Below are positions 17,328-25,852 of a DNA stretch of 35,448 nucleotides, one piece after another (position 1 is the first letter of the stretch; the number at the start of each line of letters is the position of its first letter). A model generated the notes under the pieces. That model was not told the DNA's origin and made no database searches. It saw only the letters and a program-made list of their open reading frames with translations. The stretch spans positions 1 to 35,448 of the forward strand of contig JBGSTX010000164.1 in assembly GCA_041736305.1 (NCBI GenBank). The letters are read 5' to 3'. The position numbers and the translations under genes were made by a program. This DNA is from Oligoflexus sp. (GTDB lineage Bacteria; Bdellovibrionota_B; Oligoflexia; Oligoflexales; Oligoflexaceae).

Positions 17328-18419
17328 ATGCCGAAACGAATGCTGAATGCGAATGTTCTAAGCCGAAATGTGTCACTTCTTCTTATTGTTGCGGTCGGCG
17401 GCCTTTTGCTCTTTTTAAGCCTAAAGATATTTCTCATTCTTTTTGCATCCTGCCTTATTGCAGTCTTTCTTTTTAGCATTGCCAGTTTCTTACAGCGCTA
17501 TTTACCCATCGGCTATAAATGGAGCCTTGCGCTGGGAATCAGTCTTTTATCGATCTTCTTCGCCCTCTTCATGGCCTATCTTTTTCCCAAGGTTTCCACC
17601 CAGCTCAATGATTTTGTAGCTAGGCTTCCTGGCTTAATCGATGAGGTCCGCGCTTTCCTTGAGCGTTACATGGGCCCTGACGTCACTGTGAGAGAATGGC
17701 TCGATCAAAATGCCCAAATGCTCCGAAACATAAGCACGAGGACACTTCAAAGCGTTACGACGCTCTTCTCAGCCCTAAGCACTTTTATGGCCATCATAGT
17801 GCTCGGCACATTTTTAGCCTTCGAACCCAAACTTTACAAATCGGGGTTTGTCAAACTTATAGCTCCTGAAACACGCGCTGCAACGGCCGAACTTCTTACT
17901 AAAATATTTCATGACCTCCGGTGGTGGCTAGTTGGACGACTGAGCAGTATGTTCTTTGTGGGTATCCTGACAACGATCGGCCTTTTCTATTTGAATGTAC
18001 CAATGGCTCTGGGAATTGGGTTTCTCTCAGGTCTCCTCGATTTCATTCCCTTCATTGGTCCTGTCCTCGCCGCCATTCCTGCCATTCTTATGGCATCGAC
18101 CCAGGACGGACAAACAGTTACGTATGTCATCCTTCTCTATGGGGCCGTACAACTTATAGAAGGCTACGTTCTCACCCCACTTATACAAAAACAGGCCGTG
18201 TCCTTGCCTCCTGCTCTCGCACTCTTCGCTATTCTATTGATGGGGAAGTTTGGAGGACTACTCGGCACTGCTTTGGCAGCACCTTTGACAGTGGTGCTCC
18301 TGCTGATCGTCAAAGAGGTTTATATAAAGGCTATTCTTGAGAAAAAGATCGCCTTGGACAGTCCGAGCACACTCGGGAAAAAGTCGTACGAAGCAAATAA
18401 CGTGGGCGACTACTACTAA
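17328..18419 (+). CDS. AI-2E/PerM family transporter
   Basis: Multi-TM protein with LRWWLVGR, LDFIPFIGP, QLIEGYVLTP and LAAPLT motifs; GGAGG RBS. Confidence 0.92.
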   Translation: MPKRMLNANVLSRNVSLLLIVAVGGLLLFLSLKIFLILFASCLIAVFLFSIASFLQRYLPIGYKWSLALGISLLSIFFALFMAYLFPKVSTQLNDFVARLPGLIDEVRAFLERYMGPDVTVREWLDQNAQMLRNISTRTLQSVTTLFSALSTFMAIIVLGTFLAFEPKLYKSGFVKLIAPETRAATAELLTKIFHDLRWWLVGRLSSMFFVGILTTIGLFYLNVPMALGIGFLSGLLDFIPFIGPVLAAIPAILMASTQDGQTVTYVILLYGAVQLIEGYVLTPLIQKQAVSLPPALALFAILLMGKFGGLLGTALAAPLTVVLLLIVKEVYIKAILEKKIALDSPSTLGKKSYEANNVGDYY

Positions 18420-18602
18420 GCATTTTTATAATCTCCAGGCGGATTCATCATAGGCTGATTACAACTCAGAGGTTCCTACCGCTGAGCAAGCAGGAATACT
18501 CAAATGGCAAGCCATTGACGATCGAAGCACTCTGTTTCTGGATAATTGCAAGTGTTTCAATAAATCGAAATTGCTGTAGCTTACTCTCAAAAGGCGTTCA
18601 TT

Positions 18603-18896
18603 ATGCGTATCGCACAAATATCACCACTCGAAGAAGCTGTCCCTCCTTTGAGCTACGGAGGCACTGAGCGTGTCGTCTCCTACCTCACCGAAGAGTTGGT
18701 GAAGCAGGGTCATGACGTAACATTATTTGCTTCTGGTGATTCTCAGACGTCTGCTCGTTTGATAGCAGCCTGCCCCAAATCCCTGCGGCACCAAATGAAC
18801 TGTCAAGACAAGCTAGCCTCTAAAAGGCCCTTCCAAGATGTCGGAGTCATTGTGCCAAGAAAGCTCGATGAATGGTGCTTAACCATTAACAAATGA
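18603..18896 (+). pseudogene. Truncated GT4 glycosyltransferase (N-terminal ~70 aa only)
   Basis: MRIAQISPLEEAVPPLSYGGTERVVSYLTEELVKQGHDVTLFASGDS is a typical GT4 N-terminus. Similarity is lost near 18820 and no continuation was seen. Confidence 0.85.
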
Positions 18897-19035
18897 ATGC
18901 ATGTTCGCAGAACTCACTCAAGAGAGAAGCTGCCAGCGATAGTTCGCAATACGGTGAACCCAGCGATGCCGCAGCATGATCGGGTCGCGCACTGCCGATT
19001 ACGAGCTTCACGGTTTTGAAGAGCTTCTTGCCAAA

Positions 19036-19866
19036 CTAAACCATTGGTGAGTGATCGGGCGTTGCTGAAGCTCTATCTCGATCCTCACTCATTGAGGTCC
19101 GCCTAGTCCTCAGGTTTCGATAGTAGCTTGCTAAACTTTCCATATATGCAGGATTCGAGCTGGCAGAATCGCTAAATGCCGGCGCGTCTTTGATGGCTTT
19201 GCTATCCAATCCAACTTCGATCCATCTTAGTCCATAGTTTATTTTCTCGATAAACGATGTTTCGATTGCTACATGCTTGCTTGGCCACCACTCGATCGTA
19301 TCAAGCACTAAGTGGGTGATAAGCGCGCTTTCCCGTTCAATGAGCAGGTCTTCTATCTTGCCGAGCTCTTTGTCAGTTGCGTCAATCTTGTATTTCTTGA
19401 TTTCATTAAAACTTCGCAAATTGGGGTCGGCATTTTCAAGTCGCTTATCCTGCCGCTGCTTCATTTCTTCGTTAAGGGTCGACTCAGGTTTTGGGACAAC
19501 CGCTGGGTAGGGATAAATTCCAAAACCGGCATGCATAGGGTAATACCAATAAGGGGACCAGGCATAGTACCTATGGAGCTGATTCTCGTACTGCCTTGAA
19601 ACCGGTAAGTCGGTAAAAACAGATGGACTCTTTTGAACTTTGTCTCTTGTCATGTCAGTGATGATCGTATCGTAAAAGGGATCAGGCACTCTCAGGCTCG
19701 AAGGTATGAGGAGTAGTTCGCGACTATCCAGCCAAGAACCTGAAGTGATCACGATATAACGAAGATTCCAGGTTTTATCATCGAAATATATATCGCTGAC
19801 TTTCCCAATGTCGCCGTCCAGCGCATGAACCTTGGCACCAATTATTCGCTTTGCGTTGATTAGCAT
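19036..19866 (-). CDS. Tandem PRC-barrel domain protein
   Basis: Two PRC units (HALDGDIGKVSDIYFDD..W..RY and DATDKELGKIEDLLIE) with a DLPVSRQYE..LH.YY.W..YW linker. ATG 19866 with a GGAG RBS. Confidence 0.9.
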   Translation of the reverse strand: MLINAKRIIGAKVHALDGDIGKVSDIYFDDKTWNLRYIVITSGSWLDSRELLLIPSSLRVPDPFYDTIITDMTRDKVQKSPSVFTDLPVSRQYENQLHRYYAWSPYWYYPMHAGFGIYPYPAVVPKPESTLNEEMKQRQDKRLENADPNLRSFNEIKKYKIDATDKELGKIEDLLIERESALITHLVLDTIEWWPSKHVAIETSFIEKINYGLRWIEVGLDSKAIKDAPAFSDSASSNPAYMESLASYYRNLRTRRTSMSEDRDRASATPDHSPMV

Positions 19867-20017
19867 GGTCAATCTCCAAATTCAGAAAATGCTTGGCCAT
19901 ATACTTACTCAAGCTTTCGATCGGGTCCCACCCGAACAGCTGAATCACTGTCAGCCTACCCAAAAATCGTAGCGCAAGATACTGTTTTTGGCCGATACAT
20001 TGTTCAGCATGAGTCAT

Positions 20018-20033
20018 GTTTAGAAGTCTAAAC
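20018..20033. promoter_or_regulatory. Perfect 7-2-7 palindrome, possible operator
   Basis: GTTTAGA-AG-TCTAAAC in the divergent gap between the PRC-barrel and desaturase genes. Confidence 0.3.
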
Positions 20034-20483
20034 CGATGGATCGGAGCCTGTTACTTGACTTGCATAATATCGACTATTTTATTTGTCATTGTGAAGAAAC
20101 ATCGCAAGAGACTCGCTAGAGTGCTTAAGCTATTGCTCGAGCGTTGATTCTCAATGACCCTGGAGATCGTGGACTTGGAATAGGAGAATCGCCACAGTCT
20201 GTGCTAGATTGTGGGCCAGGAAGCGAAGCTTTGTACGGGCCAATTCCGGCTTGCTCTAGCACATTAATTCCCTCTGTAAAGGAGATAAGCGATGCCAGCA
20301 TCCATCAATATTTCCCATGCTGCTGAGAATGCTTTACGGCTAGGCGAAGTCTGCTTAGTAGGACTAGCTCTCACGATAAGCTGGTGGGCGCTAAACCGCT
20401 CCAAAGGATATCAACTTGCCAGAGTTAGAGCTTGAAGGACCGAGGTGGAATATAAATGCCCAGATAAGATATAGGAAGAGCCA

Positions 20484-21281
20484 ATGCGAGATGGCGCTAA
20501 GAAAAAGGGAATCTGGGCCTACGGCCTACTCAAGTGTGGGGTCTTCGGAGCACTTATCTGCCTTGAACGAGCCTTTCCTTTGCGTCCTATACGTGAGGAG
20601 TCCAATCGTCATGATGCGCGCAATCTGCTTATCGCCAGCTCCAGTATGCTCATCCGTAAACTCATCGAGGGGCAGATCACGGATCGCCTGATTTACAAGC
20701 TCAGCCGTCGCCACTATGGACTAGTCCACCGATTTCACATGCATAGCCTCCTGCGTAGCTCTCTGGCCTTTGCTCTCTTGGACTACACGGTCTACTTAGG
20801 CCATAGGCTTACGCATAAAGTGCCAATCCTCTGGCGTTTTCACCAGGTTCACCACATGGACCTTGATATAAGCACCAGCACTGCCTTTCGCATCCATTGC
20901 GGTGAGGCGATCCTTTCGTCCATCTTCCGCAGTATGCAAGTGGCAGCCATTGGTCCTTCCATCAAGGTCTATCGCGTGTGGCAAAGCTTTTCCTATATGG
21001 CCCTACTGTTCCACCACTCTAATCTGAAATTGCCATTCCGCCTTGAGCGTGGTTTAGCGTACTTTCTCATAACGCCGCATCTTCACAGTATTCATCACTC
21101 TTTCATAGCGTCTGAAATGAACTCGAACTGGTCGAGTGGACTTAGTGTCTGGGACCTCTTGCACGGTTCCTTTAGGTCTGATCTCTCTGCGGATGAAATT
21201 GTATTCGGTGTTCGGGGTCTCAGCAGTCCCAGCCAGGTCGGCGTTTCACGTCTCCTCATCCAGCCTTTTCTTGCGAGCTAG
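20484..21281 (+). CDS. Sterol desaturase / fatty acid hydroxylase family protein
   Basis: Histidine boxes HRLTH, HQVHH, FHHSN and HSIHH. Confidence 0.9.
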   Translation: MRDGAKKKGIWAYGLLKCGVFGALICLERAFPLRPIREESNRHDARNLLIASSSMLIRKLIEGQITDRLIYKLSRRHYGLVHRFHMHSLLRSSLAFALLDYTVYLGHRLTHKVPILWRFHQVHHMDLDISTSTAFRIHCGEAILSSIFRSMQVAAIGPSIKVYRVWQSFSYMALLFHHSNLKLPFRLERGLAYFLITPHLHSIHHSFIASEMNSNWSSGLSVWDLLHGSFRSDLSADEIVFGVRGLSSPSQVGVSRLLIQPFLAS

Positions 21282-21299
21282 AGCTATAGGAGAGAAGGC

Positions 21300-21812
21300 T
21301 CAGCCTCGATCCCATTCACCCAAGTCCGCAGCTGCAACTCCGATCGTGTTTATCAGGGAAACATGTGAAAAAGCCTGCGGATAGTTGCCAAGGAGGCGCC
21401 GTGTCCGAGGATCATATTCTTCTGATAGAAGCCCAAGATCACTCTGAATGCGGAGCACCCAAGCCAGATGCTTGAGGGCCTTCTTGAATCTCTTTTGCAA
21501 GATATAGTTATCGATTAGCCAAAATGTGCAGGGAATAAAGGTGCCTTCGCCGGGGGGAAGCGATCATCGATCCGATGCGTATTGTAGCGATAGACGAAGC
21601 CTTTCTCACTCAGACGCTCTTCAATAGCACTGACGGTGCCCAGTATCCTCGGGTCTGTGGCGGGCAGAAAACCTACCTTGGCGAGAATGAGGAGGCTGGC
21701 GTCGAGAGCATTGGAGCCCGGAGCGTTGACAAAGGAATTAAGCTGGGGATTAAAATGCTCTCGGCAGATCAGGTCGTGAATTTTGGAGCGCATGTGTCTC
21801 CAGTGCTGAAGA
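21300..21812 (-). pseudogene. GH15 (glucoamylase/trehalase-like) C-terminal remnant with a frameshift
   Basis: LQHWRHMRSKIHD...LDASLL...DPR..GTV.AIE...VYRY, then a frameshift near 21550-21562, then LPPGEGTFIPCTFWLIDNY...DLGLLSEEYDP...LGNYPQAFSH. Confidence 0.88.
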
Positions 21813-21912
21813 GGGCTACCCGTGCGCCCAGGGCGGCAAAGGCTCGTGCTGTCGCGCGACCAACACCGGCTGAAGCTCCAGTGATAACGACAACTAATTT
21901 TTTATGCTGCAT
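21813..21912 (-). pseudogene. Short-chain dehydrogenase/reductase N-terminal remnant
   Basis: MQHKKLVVVITGASAGVGRATARAFAALGARVAL contains the TGxxxGxG motif; GGAGG RBS; runs directly into GH15 sequence. Confidence 0.85.
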
Positions 21913-22155
21913 GCGCAATTCCTCCAAGACATATTTTTTGAAAAATTGCCTCAAGAGAGTAAAAACAAGAAGACAAGGCAAAGTCATTTTCGTTTGCCAA
22001 GTGGAAAGGACCCTTACTATACAGTCACTTCATATCTATAGCTATACAGAGTATTGTGGAGGGAATTATCGCAGCTTGCTGGAGCTCGAATTTGAGAGGA
22101 TTCAATAGAGAGAGTAGTCTGACCTTCGCAGCCCATTTAGTTTCTTAGGGTAATC

Positions 22156-23229
22156 ATGAGCGATTTTTTTGCAGCACTTGGACTTTGGGGCAATATCTCG
22201 GCTTTCATAGCCGCCTCAGTACTAATTTTGATTGCGGGGACCAAGCTAGAAAGCTGGGCTAGCAAAATCGGTAGGAAGACAAAACGCGGAGAAATATTTG
22301 CGGGTACTTTTCTTCTCGCTATTGCTACTTCTCTGCCTGACGTTACGACCTCGGTGACCGCAGCCTGGCGAAATCATCCGCAGCTGGCGGTTAACAACCT
22401 GCTCGGAGGAGTGGTGATTCAAACCATCGTGCTCGCTATAGCGGATGGCGTCGGCAGCAAGAAGGCCATGACGGGAACCGCGCCCTCATTTAGCCTAATC
22501 ATTCAAGGACTGGGTTTGATCTTTGTGCTGACGACTGTGGGCTTCGTTGCCGTGCTGGAGAACTATTGGCAGCTCGAAGGGAGGAAGGCAGACTTAGGTC
22601 CAGCCTTTATCGCCTTGGTCTATGGGCTCATGGTATATATTGGTCTGAGTAGGCAGGGCCATGAGCCATGGCAACCCGTGAGCTCCGATGAAGCGACAGT
22701 TGCTCCCGAGAAAGAGCCAATAGCGAACAAAGATAAAGAGCTCCAAGGCGACGAGAAGAGTCTCGCGCGCTTGTTAAGTCTCTTTAGCTGCGGAGCTCTC
22801 GTAGTTTTCTTTGCTGGTTGGACGCTGGTGCTTACGATAGAACAAATTACGGCTATCACAGGAGCTTCCGAGGGATTCTTAGGATTTACCGTCGTTGCTT
22901 TTGCTACTTCACTTCCCGAGTTGAGCACGACTCTCACTGCCGCACGTCGGGGCCGCAACCTTACGGCTGTATCCAATATATTTGGATCGAATGGTTTCAA
23001 CACAGCCCTACTCTTCATTATCGCTATAGTAGCGAGCGAACCTATCTTTAAAGGCTTTCTGCACGAAGTTATCGCAGCGACGAGTCTTGGTATTTTTCTA
23101 ACGGCTATCTATCTCCTGGGAATGCTCGAACGTCGGGATAAGACGATCATACGGATGGGTTGGGACTCTGCAGCTGTCCTAGTGATAGGACTCATGGGAA
23201 TGTGGGTCATGTACGCACTGACGCGCTAA
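22156..23229 (+). CDS. Sodium:calcium (CaCA, YrbG-like) cation antiporter
   Basis: Two alpha repeats, LAIATSLPD...NNLLGG and VAFATSLPE...SNIFGSN; about 10 TM segments. Confidence 0.9.
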   Translation: MSDFFAALGLWGNISAFIAASVLILIAGTKLESWASKIGRKTKRGEIFAGTFLLAIATSLPDVTTSVTAAWRNHPQLAVNNLLGGVVIQTIVLAIADGVGSKKAMTGTAPSFSLIIQGLGLIFVLTTVGFVAVLENYWQLEGRKADLGPAFIALVYGLMVYIGLSRQGHEPWQPVSSDEATVAPEKEPIANKDKELQGDEKSLARLLSLFSCGALVVFFAGWTLVLTIEQITAITGASEGFLGFTVVAFATSLPELSTTLTAARRGRNLTAVSNIFGSNGFNTALLFIIAIVASEPIFKGFLHEVIAATSLGIFLTAIYLLGMLERRDKTIIRMGWDSAAVLVIGLMGMWVMYALTR

Positions 23230-23236
23230 TATATTC

Positions 23237-23707
23237 TCAGTCTATCCTTGCTAAAGCCGCTGAAATGCTACTGAGAAAGTGTTCAAGAGGCGTGCGAGGC
23301 TGCTCATAGAGATAGGCAGCGATATCGTGAGCTTCTTGTACCGTTACACCAAGATCGGGCATGAGAGTCTCGGGAGAGATTACCTGTGGATCGGAAATCC
23401 AGCGGGCCATATTCTCGGGTGTGTTAGCCAAAATTCCCGCGATATAAATTTGTTCGGAGATATCGCTGAGCTGGGGGCCGACCCTACCACTAGCCTCCAT
23501 CACTCCTTCGATGACATGGCAAGCTCCACATCCATAATGCTCTATAGATAATCTTCCGCGCTCTTTATCCCCTAGAGGCGCATAGCGGCGAGGCTCGGCC
23601 GGATGACGTTGCAAGCCGAGCACAAACATGTTTCCCAGCATAAATAGCAGCGAAGCTACCCCTGAAGCAGCGATAATCCATAAGAATGAGTGAGAGAAAA
23701 TTTTCAA
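23237..23707 (-). CDS. Membrane-anchored monoheme c-type cytochrome
   Basis: N-terminal TM, CGACH, GRVGPQL, and WISDPQ...LMP with the axial Met. The TTG start is uncertain. Confidence 0.88.
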   Translation of the reverse strand: MKIFSHSFLWIIAASGVASLLFMLGNMFVLGLQRHPAEPRRYAPLGDKERGRLSIEHYGCGACHVIEGVMEASGRVGPQLSDISEQIYIAGILANTPENMARWISDPQVISPETLMPDLGVTVQEAHDIAAYLYEQPRTPLEHFLSSISAALARID

Positions 23708-23898
23708 GAGAGAGCCTCAGAAATGAGCCATCGTTCCATCGAATCAAAGTACAAATTTGCCTTTGGCACAAGGACAGAATCAATGTACCCGACAAGACAA
23801 AGGTTCAGATCGACACGAGGCTCAATTGCCCTAAGGAGATGCTCGTATTCTCTCCGGAGGCAATATCATTTACAAATCGTGAAGCCATAGGAGAGGTC

Positions 23899-24375
23899 AT
23901 GGATCGACGCCAGGTTCTTTCGCTGACGATAACGGGGACCGGATTAGTAGTCGCAGGAATAGTAGTGGTTCCTTCACTCATCAGCATTTTCTCGCCTGCA
24001 TTCGAAGCAAGGCCTGCTAGCCTCTGGCAGGCTGTGGCGGAGGTTGATAGGTTTAAGATCGGTGAAATGCAAAAAAGCTTGCTGTCTATTGCCTCTCCGG
24101 CCCGCGCTGATGAACTGAGCCAGAAGGCGATCTACGTCTGGCGACGTTCAGCAGATGAATTTGTTGTTTATTCCCGATCCTGCACTGATCTGGGCTGTCC
24201 CCTGGTATGGGATGCGGGAAGTGAATGGTTCTTCTGCCCCTGTCACGGGGGCATTTTCGACAAGGAAGGACAGCGTCGGGCAGGGCCTCCCAAGCTTCCT
24301 ATGTGGCGCTATGAAAGCCGTATTGAAAATGGTGTTCTGGAGATCAATCTGAGATCCGTTCCTCCCATGGTCTAA
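23899..24375 (+). CDS. qcrA: Rieske [2Fe-2S] subunit of a Rieske/cytochrome b complex, with a variant box I
   Basis: ATG 23899 after AGGAGAGG; Tat signal DRRQVL; box I CTDLGC; box II CPCHGG; GPP motif. Confidence 0.9.
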   Translation: MDRRQVLSLTITGTGLVVAGIVVVPSLISIFSPAFEARPASLWQAVAEVDRFKIGEMQKSLLSIASPARADELSQKAIYVWRRSADEFVVYSRSCTDLGCPLVWDAGSEWFFCPCHGGIFDKEGQRRAGPPKLPMWRYESRIENGVLEINLRSVPPMV

Positions 24376-24390
24376 GCATTGGAAGACGAA

Positions 24391-25839
24391 ATGGCTCAAG
24401 ACGAAAAAGACGAAGGATTGCCTGAAGGTCACAGGGGAATACGGTCCTGGATCATCAAGCGTTTTGCCTTGAAGCCCATTGCCGATCGAGCCCTTTTTCG
24501 CAGAGTTCCCAACGCGCGCTGGTATTACGGGGATGGGGCAGCGCTCCTCCTTCTTTTTGGTATCCTTTTAATCACCGGAGCCTTTTTATCACTGATGTAT
24601 TCGCCGGCCCCCGCGACAGCCTATGAGAGCGTGCGGGCGATCACAGAGCAGCACAAGCTAGGCTGGTTCGTGCGAGCCCTCCACTACTGGTCGGCTGGTA
24701 TGATGGTTGTCGTTCTCTTGCATCACTTGCTGCGGCATATCCTACTCGGTGGCTACCTACCACCGCGGGAAGGCACTTGGATTGTCGGGGTATTGATGTT
24801 CATCCTAGTGATCGTCAATTCTTATCTGGGCTATACCTTACGCTGGGACGAGAGGGCTGTTTATGCCATCCGTGTCGCGCTCAACATGTTTTATCAGGTG
24901 CCATTCATCGGAGAGAGACTTGTCGTTTTTCTCCAGGGAGGCTGGGACATTGGCGTCACCACCCTCAGTCGCTTCTACTCCGTCCATGTAGTCTTTGTCC
25001 CTTTGCTGTTCGTCACATTTGTCGCCTATCATCTTTATCTCATCATTTATCATGGCGTGACGACCATACCCGAACGAATCGATCCGGTGGAAACAGCCGA
25101 AGACCAAAAGAAACTCTACGATCAGCTTAAGCATAGCAAAAAGCATGGGACTCAATTCTATCCTTATACGATGTTTGAATCTTGGGCTTTTTCGCTGGTG
25201 GTATTTGCCATAGTCCTGACGCTGACTCTAAGTTTCGGACCCGCAGAACTTTATCCCGAAGCAAATTTTATCGAGGACTCGCGTCCAATCGAGGAATGGT
25301 GGTGGCATTGGTACAGCGCTTTGATTGCCCATTTGCCGCCAGCCATAGCACCATATTTTTACTGGATGGCTCCTCTCGGCTTGATCATCCTTTTGCTCAC
25401 TTTGCCCTTGATTGATCACGGCGCGAATCGTGGATTGCGACATAGGCCTATCGCAGTTTTGTCAAGCGTCGCAGTCGTCGTGGGCATCTTAGCCCTAACA
25501 GGTCAACGCCTGCGTTCACCCTGGACGGCTTGGCCGCGGAGCGCATTGGCTCCACTGCCCCGCGACATTCAGCTCACAGAATCTGGACAGCGAGGCCATC
25601 AGCTTTTTTCGCAATACGGCTGTTTCAATTGCCATGCATTGGGGGGGCACGGCGCAGAAGTAGGACCCAATCTCACGGCCCTTGAGGTAAGGCTCTCAGC
25701 TGATGAACTAAAGCACTTCATCTTGCAGCCGCCCGAACATGCTGCGATGCCTGCCTATAAGAATCGGATTAGCGAAGCCGACCTCAGTTCTATAGTGGAT
25801 TTTGTTCTGGTGGCTCAAACTTTTCCGCGTCAATACTAA
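24391..25839 (+). CDS. qcrB: Cytochrome b (b6-like plus subunit IV) fused to a C-terminal cytochrome c
   Basis: RALHYW...HHLLR, PPRE.TW..G and RFYSVH...YH heme ligands; C-terminal CFNCH...GPNL...AMP. Start is ATG 24391 or TTG 24379. Confidence 0.92.
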   Translation: MAQDEKDEGLPEGHRGIRSWIIKRFALKPIADRALFRRVPNARWYYGDGAALLLLFGILLITGAFLSLMYSPAPATAYESVRAITEQHKLGWFVRALHYWSAGMMVVVLLHHLLRHILLGGYLPPREGTWIVGVLMFILVIVNSYLGYTLRWDERAVYAIRVALNMFYQVPFIGERLVVFLQGGWDIGVTTLSRFYSVHVVFVPLLFVTFVAYHLYLIIYHGVTTIPERIDPVETAEDQKKLYDQLKHSKKHGTQFYPYTMFESWAFSLVVFAIVLTLTLSFGPAELYPEANFIEDSRPIEEWWWHWYSALIAHLPPAIAPYFYWMAPLGLIILLLTLPLIDHGANRGLRHRPIAVLSSVAVVVGILALTGQRLRSPWTAWPRSALAPLPRDIQLTESGQRGHQLFSQYGCFNCHALGGHGAEVGPNLTALEVRLSADELKHFILQPPEHAAMPAYKNRISEADLSSIVDFVLVAQTFPRQY

Positions 25840-25852
25840 GGAGGGGGAATTC

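Noticed and set aside
20144-20326. 60-aa ORF in the divergent gap, and ORF 21575-22108
   Set aside because: No motifs or convincing RBS; the second is antisense to the SDR and GH15 remnants.
23762-23778. TTGGCAC as a sigma-54 -24 box upstream of the Rieske gene
   Set aside because: The -12 position reads GA rather than GC, so it is only a half match.
23686-23898. N-terminal extensions in the ORF track for Rieske (also subunit I 26764-26868, subunit II, OmpA, 16866 and 29369)
   Set aside because: Downstream starts have better RBS, signal-peptide or stop-start coupling evidence.
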